A DNA stretch of 36,395 bases from an uncultured Candidatus Saccharibacteria bacterium (GTDB lineage Bacteria; Patescibacteriota; Minisyncoccia; JAHIHE01; JAGLIN01): NCBI GenBank assembly GCA_964553695.1, contig CAZKLR010000001.1, forward strand, positions 1 through 36,395, given 5' to 3'. Shown piece after piece: positions 8,702-15,655 of the stretch (the stretch's first letter is position 1; each line of letters begins with the position of its first letter). The translations under genes were made by a program, and so were the position numbers. The notes below the pieces were generated by a model. The model was not told the DNA's origin and did not search any database. It saw nothing but the letters and a program-made list of their open reading frames with translations.

Positions 8702-8908
8702 CTATTCTTTGTTTAAACTCATGGAGATTGCTGCGACATAAAGTGCTGCAAGACCGACTAGAGAATATATAACCCTTGAGAGCAAGGACATTTCTCCAAA
8801 CAGAGTTTCAACCAAGTCAAAATCCAGAATTCCTACTAAACCCCAATTCAATGCTCCCACTAAAACTAGGACCAGGGCTAACCAGTCCATCATATTTAGT
8901 TTTTGCAT
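8702..8908 (-). CDS. DUF378 family small membrane protein
   Basis: 68 aa. The sequence DWLALVLVLVGALNWGLVGILDFDLVETLFG..VIYSLVGLAALY is the characteristic DUF378 (YuzA-like) pattern. Confidence 0.75.
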   Translation of the reverse strand: MQKLNMMDWLALVLVLVGALNWGLVGILDFDLVETLFGEMSLLSRVIYSLVGLAALYVAAISMSLNKE

Positions 8909-9082
8909 GTTTTTAAATTAAGATTTTTTAAAGAAATTCGACCTTTTATACATATAATAATAAAATTTTTATAGATTTAAGTCAAATAATTTTTATGTGG
9001 AAAATTTTTGCAATTGTTATAATATTTTTTGTATGCTAAAATGCTTTTGGTCCGATAATTTTATAGGCTATTACAAATCAAA

Positions 9083-9271
9083 ATGGAGAAAAAGGCAAAG
9101 ATAAAGAAGCTTTGCTTCTATGTGTTGCGCTGGCAGCTAAGTACGCCAATTCTGTATTTGGTCTTGGCTCTCCTGCCGTATGACGATCTTACCAAGACAA
9201 TTATTGCGAATTTCGTCGGGGCGCTGGTGTTTTTTCCGGTTGATGAGCTGATTTTCAAGAACAAGAATTGA
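9083..9271 (+). CDS. small hypothetical membrane protein
   Basis: 62-aa ORF with two hydrophobic segments. Its stop codon overlaps the first possible start of the downstream sigma factor gene. Confidence 0.35.
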   Translation: MEKKAKIKKLCFYVLRWQLSTPILYLVLALLPYDDLTKTIIANFVGALVFFPVDELIFKNKN

Positions 9272-9894
9272 AAGAAAAAATCCTTAGTTTCGTATATATG
9301 GATATGAGAATCGAATCTCAAACTGATTTGTGCTTATCAAAAACTGATGAAGAGCTTGTTAAGATGGCTCTTAATAATCAGGATTCTTTTTTGTATCTTG
9401 TTGAAAGGTATGAAAAAAAACTTCTTTCTTATATAATAAGGATTTCAGGGTTTTCCAAAGAAGATGCGGAGGATGTTTTGCAAGAGGTGTTTATAAAAGT
9501 TTATGTGAATCTGAATTCTTTTGACGATGATTTGAAGTTTTCTTCTTGGATTTACCGTATTACTCATAATGAGGTGATTAATAATTATCGCAAAAAGAAA
9601 GTTCGACCGCAGAGCGTGATGGATTTAGATGATGAGTTTTTGAACAATTTAGCTTCTGATTTAAAAACTGACGGGCATATAGATCAGCGGTATCTTAAAG
9701 AAAATGTGGCAAAGGTAATAGAAAATCTGGATCCGAAATATAAAGAAATTTTAGTTTTGAGATTCTGGGAAGATAAGGATTACAGCGAAATTTCTGATAT
9801 TTTAAAGAAGCCGATGGGGACTGTGGCAACATTAATCAGCAGAGCAAAGAAAAAATTTCAGGAAGAATTAGAAAAACAAGAAATTAATTTATAA
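9268..9894 (+). CDS. RNA polymerase sigma factor, sigma-70/ECF (sigma-24) family
   Basis: Region 2 (DAEDVLQEVFIKVYVNLNSFDDDLKFSSWIYRITHNEVINNYRKKK) and region 4 (YKEILVLRFWEDKDYSEISDILKKPMGTVATLISRAKKKF) are both recognisable. The start is uncertain: TTG 9268 or ATG 9298. Confidence 0.85.
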   Translation: MKEKILSFVYMDMRIESQTDLCLSKTDEELVKMALNNQDSFLYLVERYEKKLLSYIIRISGFSKEDAEDVLQEVFIKVYVNLNSFDDDLKFSSWIYRITHNEVINNYRKKKVRPQSVMDLDDEFLNNLASDLKTDGHIDQRYLKENVAKVIENLDPKYKEILVLRFWEDKDYSEISDILKKPMGTVATLISRAKKKFQEELEKQEINL

Positions 9895-9898
9895 ATAT

Positions 9899-10642
9899 AT
9901 GGAAAAAGATTTTAGCCAGGAAATCTTGGACAAAATAAAGAAAGAACAAATAAAGCCTAAATCCAGATGGCATTTCATATTGAAGGATTCTGTGGTTTGG
10001 ATTGTTTTTGGTTTGAGTATTGTTCTTGGAGCTCTTGCTTTTTCTATTATTTTACATTTCTGGGAAATTAATGACTGGGATGCTTATTATCGAATCAATG
10101 AGAACTTTTTGGCTTTTATAGCGCTTACGATGCCTTATTTCTGGCTGGTGTGTTTCTTGCTATTCCTTGGAGTTGCATTTTACTATCTCAAGAATACTAA
10201 AACGGGGTATCGTTTTGAATTTGCAAAAATCGTGGCATGGAACGTAGGCCTTTCCCTGATTTTGGGAGGTGTGCTTTATAGTGTTGGCGTAGGCAGGCAA
10301 GTTGAGGGTGAATTTGCAAAAAGGTCTCCATTCTATGAAGATATAAGAAATAAGCAGGAAGGGGTTTGGCAAAGGCCGGAACAAGGAGTGATTGTGGGTA
10401 AAATTATAATGATTGCCGAAAATGGGGAAATGTTCGAGTTGGACGATCCTCGCCATATTATTTGGACAGTTGATGCCAGTAATGCGGAATATTTTCAAGG
10501 TTTTATGATTGAAGAAGGTTATATGGTAAAAGTATTCGGTAATAGTCAGGGAAATAACTTTTTCGTTGCGGAAGAAATAAGGCCTCTTGTTAAAGAAAGA
10601 GGTCCTAGAATTCAAATCATAATTCCTTCTTCGGGACAGTAA
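9899..10642 (+). CDS. putative membrane-bound anti-sigma factor / multi-TM protein
   Basis: 247-aa ORF starting 4 nt after the sigma gene. It has a short cytoplasmic N-terminus, about 4 TM segments and a C-terminal soluble domain. The call rests on position plus topology. Confidence 0.45.
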   Translation: MEKDFSQEILDKIKKEQIKPKSRWHFILKDSVVWIVFGLSIVLGALAFSIILHFWEINDWDAYYRINENFLAFIALTMPYFWLVCFLLFLGVAFYYLKNTKTGYRFEFAKIVAWNVGLSLILGGVLYSVGVGRQVEGEFAKRSPFYEDIRNKQEGVWQRPEQGVIVGKIIMIAENGEMFELDDPRHIIWTVDASNAEYFQGFMIEEGYMVKVFGNSQGNNFFVAEEIRPLVKERGPRIQIIIPSSGQ

Positions 10643-10727
10643 GTGTTGTAAAGGTTGAAATAAAATATAAGGCGTTCTTGTATTACTTGATACAAGGGCG
10701 CCTTATTTAATTACTAAGTTAAAATTT

Positions 10728-11615
10728 ATGAAGAATAAAAAAATCATAAGCTTAACTGCAGTGTCGTTGGTTTTAGGGTCTACAATAGCAACTAGTAATG
10801 CTTCAAGCAGTATGGCTGCAACAAGAGGATCACAAACTCCTGCGGGAGTTTCTATGAGGATTCCTCAGGCGGAGCAAACGGCAATTGACAATGGCGACTA
10901 CAATGCTTGGAAAGCTGCCATCGAGTCTAGCGGAAACACTGACATTCTAAACTATGTTACCGAAGAAAATTTTGCAAGATATGTGGAAGCATTTAAATTG
11001 CGCGAATCCGGAGATATGGATGGATCAAAGGCTATTTTAGATGAGTTGGGGATTAAGATGTCTGGTCCAAAAGGCAAAGGAGACGAGGAGATGATGGAAC
11101 CTGTCTCGCAAGAAAATCGCGAAGCTTTGGAAAATGCAATCAAAAATGCCGATTATAGCGCATGGAAAAATATTATGGAAGAAATAAAAGATGAGAAGAT
11201 TGCAGATTATATTTCCGAAGAGAATTTTAATGTTATTGTTCGTGCCTATAAATTGCGAGCTAGCGGAGATAATGCAGGAGCAATGAAACTCTTAGAAAAT
11301 TCTAATATTCCTGGATTTATGTGTCTGTGTGGCGGTCCGATGATAAGGAATAATGAAGGATGGAATCACGAAGCTCTAATACAAACATACGAAAACAATG
11401 ACTATAACGCCTGGAAAACCTTAATGGAAAAGCGCGGTGGCGGAAAAATTTTGGAATTAGTGAATGCCTATAATTTTGCAAAATTTGCTCAAGCTAAGGT
11501 TCTTCAGTCGGAAGGCAAGGTAGCTGAAGCTAAGGCGATTATGGATGAGTTAGGATTTCCATTCCAAGAGAGAGGCATAAGGATGAAAAATTTTGCAAAT
11601 GCATCAGTTTTTTAG
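10728..11615 (+). CDS. secreted protein with three internal repeats
   Basis: Signal peptide MKNKKIISLTAVSLVLGSTIATSNA. Three copies of an about 65-aa unit with the core DY(N/S)AWK..(15-20 aa)..NF..(F/V)..A.KL..(S/E)G. Confidence 0.7.
   Translation: MKNKKIISLTAVSLVLGSTIATSNASSSMAATRGSQTPAGVSMRIPQAEQTAIDNGDYNAWKAAIESSGNTDILNYVTEENFARYVEAFKLRESGDMDGSKAILDELGIKMSGPKGKGDEEMMEPVSQENREALENAIKNADYSAWKNIMEEIKDEKIADYISEENFNVIVRAYKLRASGDNAGAMKLLENSNIPGFMCLCGGPMIRNNEGWNHEALIQTYENNDYNAWKTLMEKRGGGKILELVNAYNFAKFAQAKVLQSEGKVAEAKAIMDELGFPFQERGIRMKNFANASVF
10872..11564 (+). repeat. three diverged in-frame coding repeats (about 65 aa units) within the secreted protein gene
   Basis: Unit 1: GDYNAWKAAIESSGNTDILNYVTEENFARYVEAFKLRESGDMDGSKAILDELGI. 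Unit 2: ADYSAWKNIMEEIKDEKIADYISEENFNVIVRAYKLRASGDNAGAMKLLENSNI. Unit 3: NDYNAWKTLMEKRGGGKILELVNAYNFAKFAQAKVLQSEGKVAEAKAIMDELGF. Confidence 0.7.
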
Positions 11616-11642
11616 AGATAACGCGGCCATAGATTATAAAAA

Positions 11643-11677
11643 GGACAGTCGTCGGATTTAAAAGGACTGTTCTTTTT
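11643..11677 (+). terminator. rho-independent terminator
   Basis: GGACAGTC (11643-11650) / GACTGTTC (11665-11672), followed by TTTTT. Confidence 0.55.
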
Positions 11678-11739
11678 ATTTTATTATTAAATCTATTTTT
11701 AATTGCCGTTTCAAGTGACGGTGGTATGGCCTAACGAAT

Positions 11740-11768
11740 TTGACGCATCTAGGTTGCTTGGGTATGAT
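11740..11768 (+). promoter_or_regulatory. sigma70-like promoter of the aminotransferase gene
   Basis: TTGACG (11740-11745), 17-nt spacer, TATGAT (11763-11768). Confidence 0.45.
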
Positions 11769-11801
11769 GTAATAAGATATTAAAATATTAATAGTGATGA
11801 T

Positions 11802-12968
11802 ATGAAATTTTCTCAGAGTGCTTTAGGTATACAGGAATCGTTTTTAAACAAGTGGGATTCTTCCATAAAACTTAGAAAGGCTGCAGGTGAAGACATTCTG
11901 CAGTTCAATTTGGGCCAGCCGGATTTTGCCTGTCCGGATTTTGTCAAAAAAATTATTGAAGAAGTAAACCAAAAAGATGGAAATAATTTTTATAATCATA
12001 CGGCAGGAATCGAAGGCGCTCGTAAGGCGATTGTTAAATTTCAAAAAGAGGTTTTTAATTCTGAATATAGCAAGGACGAGGTTGTTATTACAAATGGAGC
12101 GAAAGAGGCGATTTTCTTGGCTTTTGCTGCTCTGCTAAATCCTCAGGATGAGGTTATTGCAATTGCGCCTCACTGGCCGACTTATATTGAAGCTGTTAAA
12201 TTTTTAGGAGGCAAGCCAATAGTTGTGGATGCCGGCAAGGATTTTCATTTGAATATTGAGGCTATAAAAAATGCAATCGGAGAAAAAACCAGGGCAATTG
12301 TGATTAATAGCCCCAATAATCCAAGCGGAACTATTTATGGCGAGGAAGAATTTTCAAAAATAGCCGAATTGGCCGTCCAAAATGATTTGGTTGTGGTTTC
12401 GGATGAAGTTTACGGTTTGACCATTTTTGATGGTAAAAAACATATTTCCATTGCCGATTTTCCCGGTATGAGAGAGAGAACAGTCTTGATTGACGGTTTT
12501 TCTAAAACACTCTCTATGACCGGTTACAGGCTTGGATATGCTTTGGCTTCTCGTGAAATCATCAGTAACATGGTGAAAGTAAAAAGCAATATCAATGGGA
12601 ATACAAATTCCTTCTTTCAGATGGTTTTGGAAGAAGCGATCTTAAATCATTTCGATGAGTTTACAGCTTTCGTTGATTTCTCAAGGGAAAAGTATCTCGA
12701 GAGAAGAGATTTTCTATGTGAAAAATTGGCAGAAATGGGAATTGAGTTTGCAAGGCCAGATGGAACTTTTTATGTTTTTGCCAGGATTCCGGAAAAAGTG
12801 GGAAAAAAGTCTCAAGAATTTGCGGAATATTTATTAGAGCAGACAGGAGTGGCGGTAGCGCCGGGAATATTTTTTGGAAAGAATTATGATAATTATTTCC
12901 GCATTTCTTTCGGCACGTCTATGGAAGATATAAAGAAAGGGATAGAAAGGATGAGAAAAATTTTATAG
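11802..12968 (+). CDS. pyridoxal-phosphate-dependent aminotransferase, class I/II (AspC-like; possibly aromatic/aspartate)
   Basis: 388 aa. Motifs: ITNGAKEAIFLAF, INSPNNPSGTIY, SDEVY, and the PLP-lysine motif GFSKTLSMTGYRLGY, then the RISF tail. Confidence 0.85.
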   Translation: MKFSQSALGIQESFLNKWDSSIKLRKAAGEDILQFNLGQPDFACPDFVKKIIEEVNQKDGNNFYNHTAGIEGARKAIVKFQKEVFNSEYSKDEVVITNGAKEAIFLAFAALLNPQDEVIAIAPHWPTYIEAVKFLGGKPIVVDAGKDFHLNIEAIKNAIGEKTRAIVINSPNNPSGTIYGEEEFSKIAELAVQNDLVVVSDEVYGLTIFDGKKHISIADFPGMRERTVLIDGFSKTLSMTGYRLGYALASREIISNMVKVKSNINGNTNSFFQMVLEEAILNHFDEFTAFVDFSREKYLERRDFLCEKLAEMGIEFARPDGTFYVFARIPEKVGKKSQEFAEYLLEQTGVAVAPGIFFGKNYDNYFRISFGTSMEDIKKGIERMRKIL

Positions 12969-13015
12969 CTTTATAAGGGGTGAATTGCCTTTTATCTTCG
13001 AAATAGTTTAGGCTA

Positions 13016-13055
13016 AAGGTCGGATTCTTCAACGCTTGAATCTGACCTTCTATTT
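13016..13055 (+). terminator. rho-independent terminator after the aminotransferase gene
   Basis: 12-bp stem AAGGTCGGATTC (13016-13027) / GAATCTGACCTT (13038-13049) with one G-U pair, followed by a weak T tract CTATTT. Confidence 0.5.
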
Positions 13056-13081
13056 GACAAACTTTTTGAAATGACTATAAT
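13054..13081 (+). promoter_or_regulatory. consensus sigma70 promoter of leader element A
   Basis: Exact TTGACA (13054-13059), 16-nt spacer, exact TATAAT (13076-13081). Confidence 0.65.
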
Positions 13082-13102
13082 ATCTTTATATTAAGCGAAA
13101 TC

Positions 13103-13165
13103 ATGAGCCACAACATAAGCAACAAATTCTATTTCTTTTATTTTTTTAGCCATCACTTGAGATAG
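13103..13165 (+). CDS. Phe/Tyr-rich leader peptide A (MSHNISNKFYFFYFFSHHLR)
   Basis: 20-codon ORF. Codons 9-15 are TTC TAT TTC TTT TAT TTT TTT. A paralogous peptide occurs at 14477-14530. The stop codon is embedded in the antiterminator strand. No clear SD. Confidence 0.5.
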   Translation: MSHNISNKFYFFYFFSHHLR

Positions 13166-13197
13166 GTCGCTTTTGCCGTAGCTTATAAAATGCGAAA

Positions 13198-13225
13198 CAG
13201 CCCATCTCAAGAGGGCTGATTTTTT
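13198..13225 (+). terminator. attenuator terminator of leader A
   Basis: CAGCCC (13198-13203) / GGGCTG (13213-13218), loop ATCTCAAGA, then ATTTTTT. The segment CCCATCTCAAG (13201-13211) is complementary to CTTGAGATAGG (13156-13166). Confidence 0.6.
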
Positions 13226-13370
13226 ATGTGCTTAATTTCGAGTTTTGATTTATAAAAATAAAAGCTCAAAAGTAAGCATAAGATTTCAACTTTACATCGT
13301 TTAAAGCTTACTGGTATTGTTCGTTAAAAAGAAAAATATAAAACAAAAATAAAATAGGGAACTGATAGAT

Positions 13371-13940
13371 ATGGAAAAAAATAAATATGGACAAGGCAGA
13401 ATGGTTATTTATATTGGTGAAAATCTACAACCTCATGTTATTAGATATTTTCTTGAGGGATTGGCAATGAAGGCAAACGGAGGAGGGATAATTTCTCCTG
13501 TTTCATTTACATTGTTAGATGCTTCTGGAAGAACATTGGAGGCTAGAGGATCTGTAGAGAAAATAAAAGAGATAGTAGACATCATATCTAATTCCATTTT
13601 TCTTGAAGACAGGATTTGTCTTTTTGGAGTTAAATCAGATAAAGCTATCCATTATTTCTCTTTTGCGGCTGATTACTTTAATAAGCGCACTGGTTCCGTG
13701 GGGTTCTGCAAAGACTATTTCCCCGGTTTTATAAAGATAAGAAAAGGTGCTACTGCTCTAGAAAAAGTAATGAGCGCATTTCGAGGGATTATTTTTGACC
13801 CTTTAGAAGTTATAGAAATAGACAAAAAGGGAAAAATAGTTTTATTACAACAGGAAATTGAAGAAAAGGAACTTACTAAAAAAAGGCCGATTGATAAATT
13901 TCAAGATGTGGCAAAAGGATTAATTTCTCAGGAGGTTTAA
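13371..13940 (+). CDS. hypothetical protein (189 aa), first gene of module A
   Basis: ORF with coding-like composition. It is tightly followed by the next gene. I recognise no motif. Confidence 0.55.
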   Translation: MEKNKYGQGRMVIYIGENLQPHVIRYFLEGLAMKANGGGIISPVSFTLLDASGRTLEARGSVEKIKEIVDIISNSIFLEDRICLFGVKSDKAIHYFSFAADYFNKRTGSVGFCKDYFPGFIKIRKGATALEKVMSAFRGIIFDPLEVIEIDKKGKIVLLQQEIEEKELTKKRPIDKFQDVAKGLISQEV

Positions 13941-13943
13941 ATA

Positions 13944-14387
13944 ATGAGCGAAATTCCGAAGCCTATTAGTTATTTTAATGATGTCTTTAGTCTTGTTAGT
14001 GAGATTCAACAGAAGCATAGTATTGCGAAAAAATCACAGGGAGCTAAAAAGGATAAATATAAAAAATGGGCCACAAAGCTATCATTTATTCTAGAAAGAA
14101 AAATAGAAGCAACAGAAAAACTAGGAATGGAGATGGCACATGTTAGGGCCATTCTTGTTAAAGCCAATAGAACTAAGAGTTGCGGTAATCTAGAATTATT
14201 TTCAGACTTAATTCAGATGGCTATAAATATAGCAAAAAAGACAAAACTATCAGAACAAATATTACTAAGGTGTTCAAGCGAGGATATTCTTGCTCTTCTG
14301 AAAGAAAATCCAGAAAGAGTGATAGTATTTAAGGCGGGGGAACTGATGAAAATAAAAATTAAGGAGGTGAAAAGCAATGAATTTTAA
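13944..14387 (+). CDS. hypothetical protein (147 aa), second gene of module A
   Basis: Strong SD AGGAGG lies 8 nt upstream of ATG 13944. The C-terminal about 60 aa are weakly similar to the 95-aa product of 14732-15019. Confidence 0.6.
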   Translation: MSEIPKPISYFNDVFSLVSEIQQKHSIAKKSQGAKKDKYKKWATKLSFILERKIEATEKLGMEMAHVRAILVKANRTKSCGNLELFSDLIQMAINIAKKTKLSEQILLRCSSEDILALLKENPERVIVFKAGELMKIKIKEVKSNEF

Positions 14388-14388
14388 C

Positions 14389-14422
14389 GGACATAGGGGA
14401 ATAATCCTCCATGTCCTATTTT
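14389..14422 (+). terminator. rho-independent terminator ending module A
   Basis: GGACAT (14389-14394) / ATGTCC (14411-14416), with a possible inner extension AGGGG/CCTCC, followed by TATTTT. Confidence 0.5.
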
Positions 14423-14423
14423 A

Positions 14424-14451
14424 TTGACAAGGTGTGATATTTTGTTATAAT
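14424..14451 (+). promoter_or_regulatory. consensus sigma70 promoter of leader element B
   Basis: Exact TTGACA (14424-14429), 16-nt spacer, exact TATAAT (14446-14451). Confidence 0.65.
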
Positions 14452-14476
14452 TTTTTTGATGTTTTAGATTATTATT

Positions 14477-14530
14477 ATGAACCACAATACAAACAACCAA
14501 TTCTTCTTTTTCTTTTTTAGCCAGCTCTAG
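14477..14530 (+). CDS. Phe-rich leader peptide B (MNHNTNNQFFFFFFSQL)
   Basis: 17-codon ORF. Codons 9-14 are TTC TTC TTT TTC TTT TTT. It is alignable with leader A at both peptide and nucleotide level. Confidence 0.5.
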   Translation: MNHNTNNQFFFFFFSQL

Positions 14531-14562
14531 GAGATAGGTCGTTTTTGTTGAAACTTTAAATG

Positions 14563-14591
14563 AATGGCCCATCTCAAGAGGCTGTTTTTTT
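14563..14591 (+). terminator. attenuator terminator of leader B
   Basis: AATGGCC (14563-14569) / GGCTGTT (14580-14586), 7 bp including two G-U pairs, loop CATCTCAAGA, then a T-run to 14591. It is weaker than copy A. The G-U pairs are valid only on the + strand. Confidence 0.5.
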
Positions 14592-14731
14592 ACGTTTCGG
14601 ATTCAGCTCTTAGAACTTTTAGAAAATTCCAGGAGGTAAATCTGAAATGTCGGTTTATCATTTTGTTCGTTTAAAAAACTACAAAAATAAGATTTATAAA
14701 AATATAAATAGAATTTACAGGTGAAACAAAT

Positions 14732-15019
14732 ATGCAAACTCAATCTTTGCAGAATACGGGTGTTGGAAAAGAGGAATGCTTAAAAAAAATAAAAAAGTTA
14801 CTTCAAGTAACAAAAGAGGCACAAGAAAAAAATCTTGTAGAAGTTTTTTATCGCTCCTTAAGTTTCGCAATTTATTACATGAAGGAGCTGAAGGTATGTG
14901 ATATTTTTCTTAATTCTGATCCTAAAGATTTTTGTGCTTTGTGCGGAGAAGAAGCAATAAATTTGGTAGTTTTTTCCGAAGAAGACAGTCAAATAAAACT
15001 GTGCATCAAAAAAGAATAA
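14732..15019 (+). CDS. hypothetical protein (95 aa), module B
   Basis: SD AGGTGA lies 7 nt upstream of the ATG. It is weakly similar to the C-terminal part of the 147-aa protein (..D..AL..E.....VVF.......IK..). Confidence 0.55.
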   Translation: MQTQSLQNTGVGKEECLKKIKKLLQVTKEAQEKNLVEVFYRSLSFAIYYMKELKVCDIFLNSDPKDFCALCGEEAINLVVFSEEDSQIKLCIKKE

Positions 15020-15028
15020 AAATAGTCT

Positions 15029-15080
15029 AAAAAGACATGGTTTGCAAAAAATGCAAATGGCCATGTCTTTTTCTTTTTTT
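15029..15080. terminator. bidirectional terminator between module B and pheA
   Basis: AAGACATGG/CCATGTCTT plus TTTGCA/TGCAAA helices around an AAAAA loop. An A-run lies upstream and TTTTTCTTTTTTT lies downstream. Confidence 0.7.
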
Positions 15081-15088
15081 GTACGATT

Positions 15089-15655
15089 TTATTTTTCCAC
15101 TGCCAAAAAACTGGTGAAATTGAATTTTAGGTCTTGTACTCCTTTTTCCAATACTTCCAGTCCATAAAGCTCAGCACAGCTCTCGGGAGCGAGGACGGCG
15201 GTACTATTTGGCAAGATTCCTTCGGAAAGGTCTTTGGCGGCTTTGGCGGTGTCGTCGCGCTGTTCAATGGCGGCGGATGGCCAGTTTCTTTTGATATACA
15301 TCTTGCATTGTTTGATCGCTTGGTCGTGAGAGGCAATGGTCTCAATGTTTTCTTTTTTGATTCCGGGTTTGACTAATAGGCAATGAATTACGGGAATCTC
15401 GAAAAGCTCCCGGATGTTAAATATATAGCGGCTCATCGCATATACGCTTTCGATAACTATGCCTCCGTTGGAGTTTTCGATGGGGAAAACACCCATATCT
15501 ATTTTTTTATTTTCCAGAGCATTAAGAACATTCTCTACGGAGATCAAATATTCAAGTTTGTAATTTTCAATTTTTTTGTTGCGGCAGTATTCCCTTGCGG
15601 CTTGTTCGGAAAAACTTCCGATTGCGCCGGAGACGCCGATTATTTTTTCTTGCAT
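15089..15655 (-). CDS. pheA: prephenate dehydratase, catalytic PDT domain only (no ACT domain)
   Basis: 188 aa. Motifs: IGVSGAIGSFSEQAAREY, FPIENSNGGIVIESV, IASHDQAIKQC. The length is too short for the usual C-terminal ACT regulatory domain. Confidence 0.8.
   Translation of the reverse strand: MQEKIIGVSGAIGSFSEQAAREYCRNKKIENYKLEYLISVENVLNALENKKIDMGVFPIENSNGGIVIESVYAMSRYIFNIRELFEIPVIHCLLVKPGIKKENIETIASHDQAIKQCKMYIKRNWPSAAIEQRDDTAKAAKDLSEGILPNSTAVLAPESCAELYGLEVLEKGVQDLKFNFTSFLAVEK

Noticed and set aside
14384-14572. 62-aa minus-strand ORF (MGHSFKVSTKTTYLLELAKKEKEELVV...) overlapping leader element B.
   Set aside because: The homologous stretch in copy A (13103-13210, minus strand) is broken by a frameshift and a stop. 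The ORF overlaps the 3' end of the 147-aa gene. The T-run, the G-U pairs and the consensus promoter all point to the + strand. I treat it as a shadow ORF of the leader element.
14647-14724. 25-codon uORF (MSVYHFVRLKNYKNKIYKNINRIYR*) with an upstream AGGAGG, just before the 95-aa gene.
   Set aside because: It has no counterpart ORF in module A. Only the nucleotide motif TTGTTCGTT(T)AAAAA is shared between the modules. I keep it as a note under the leader B finding rather than as a gene.
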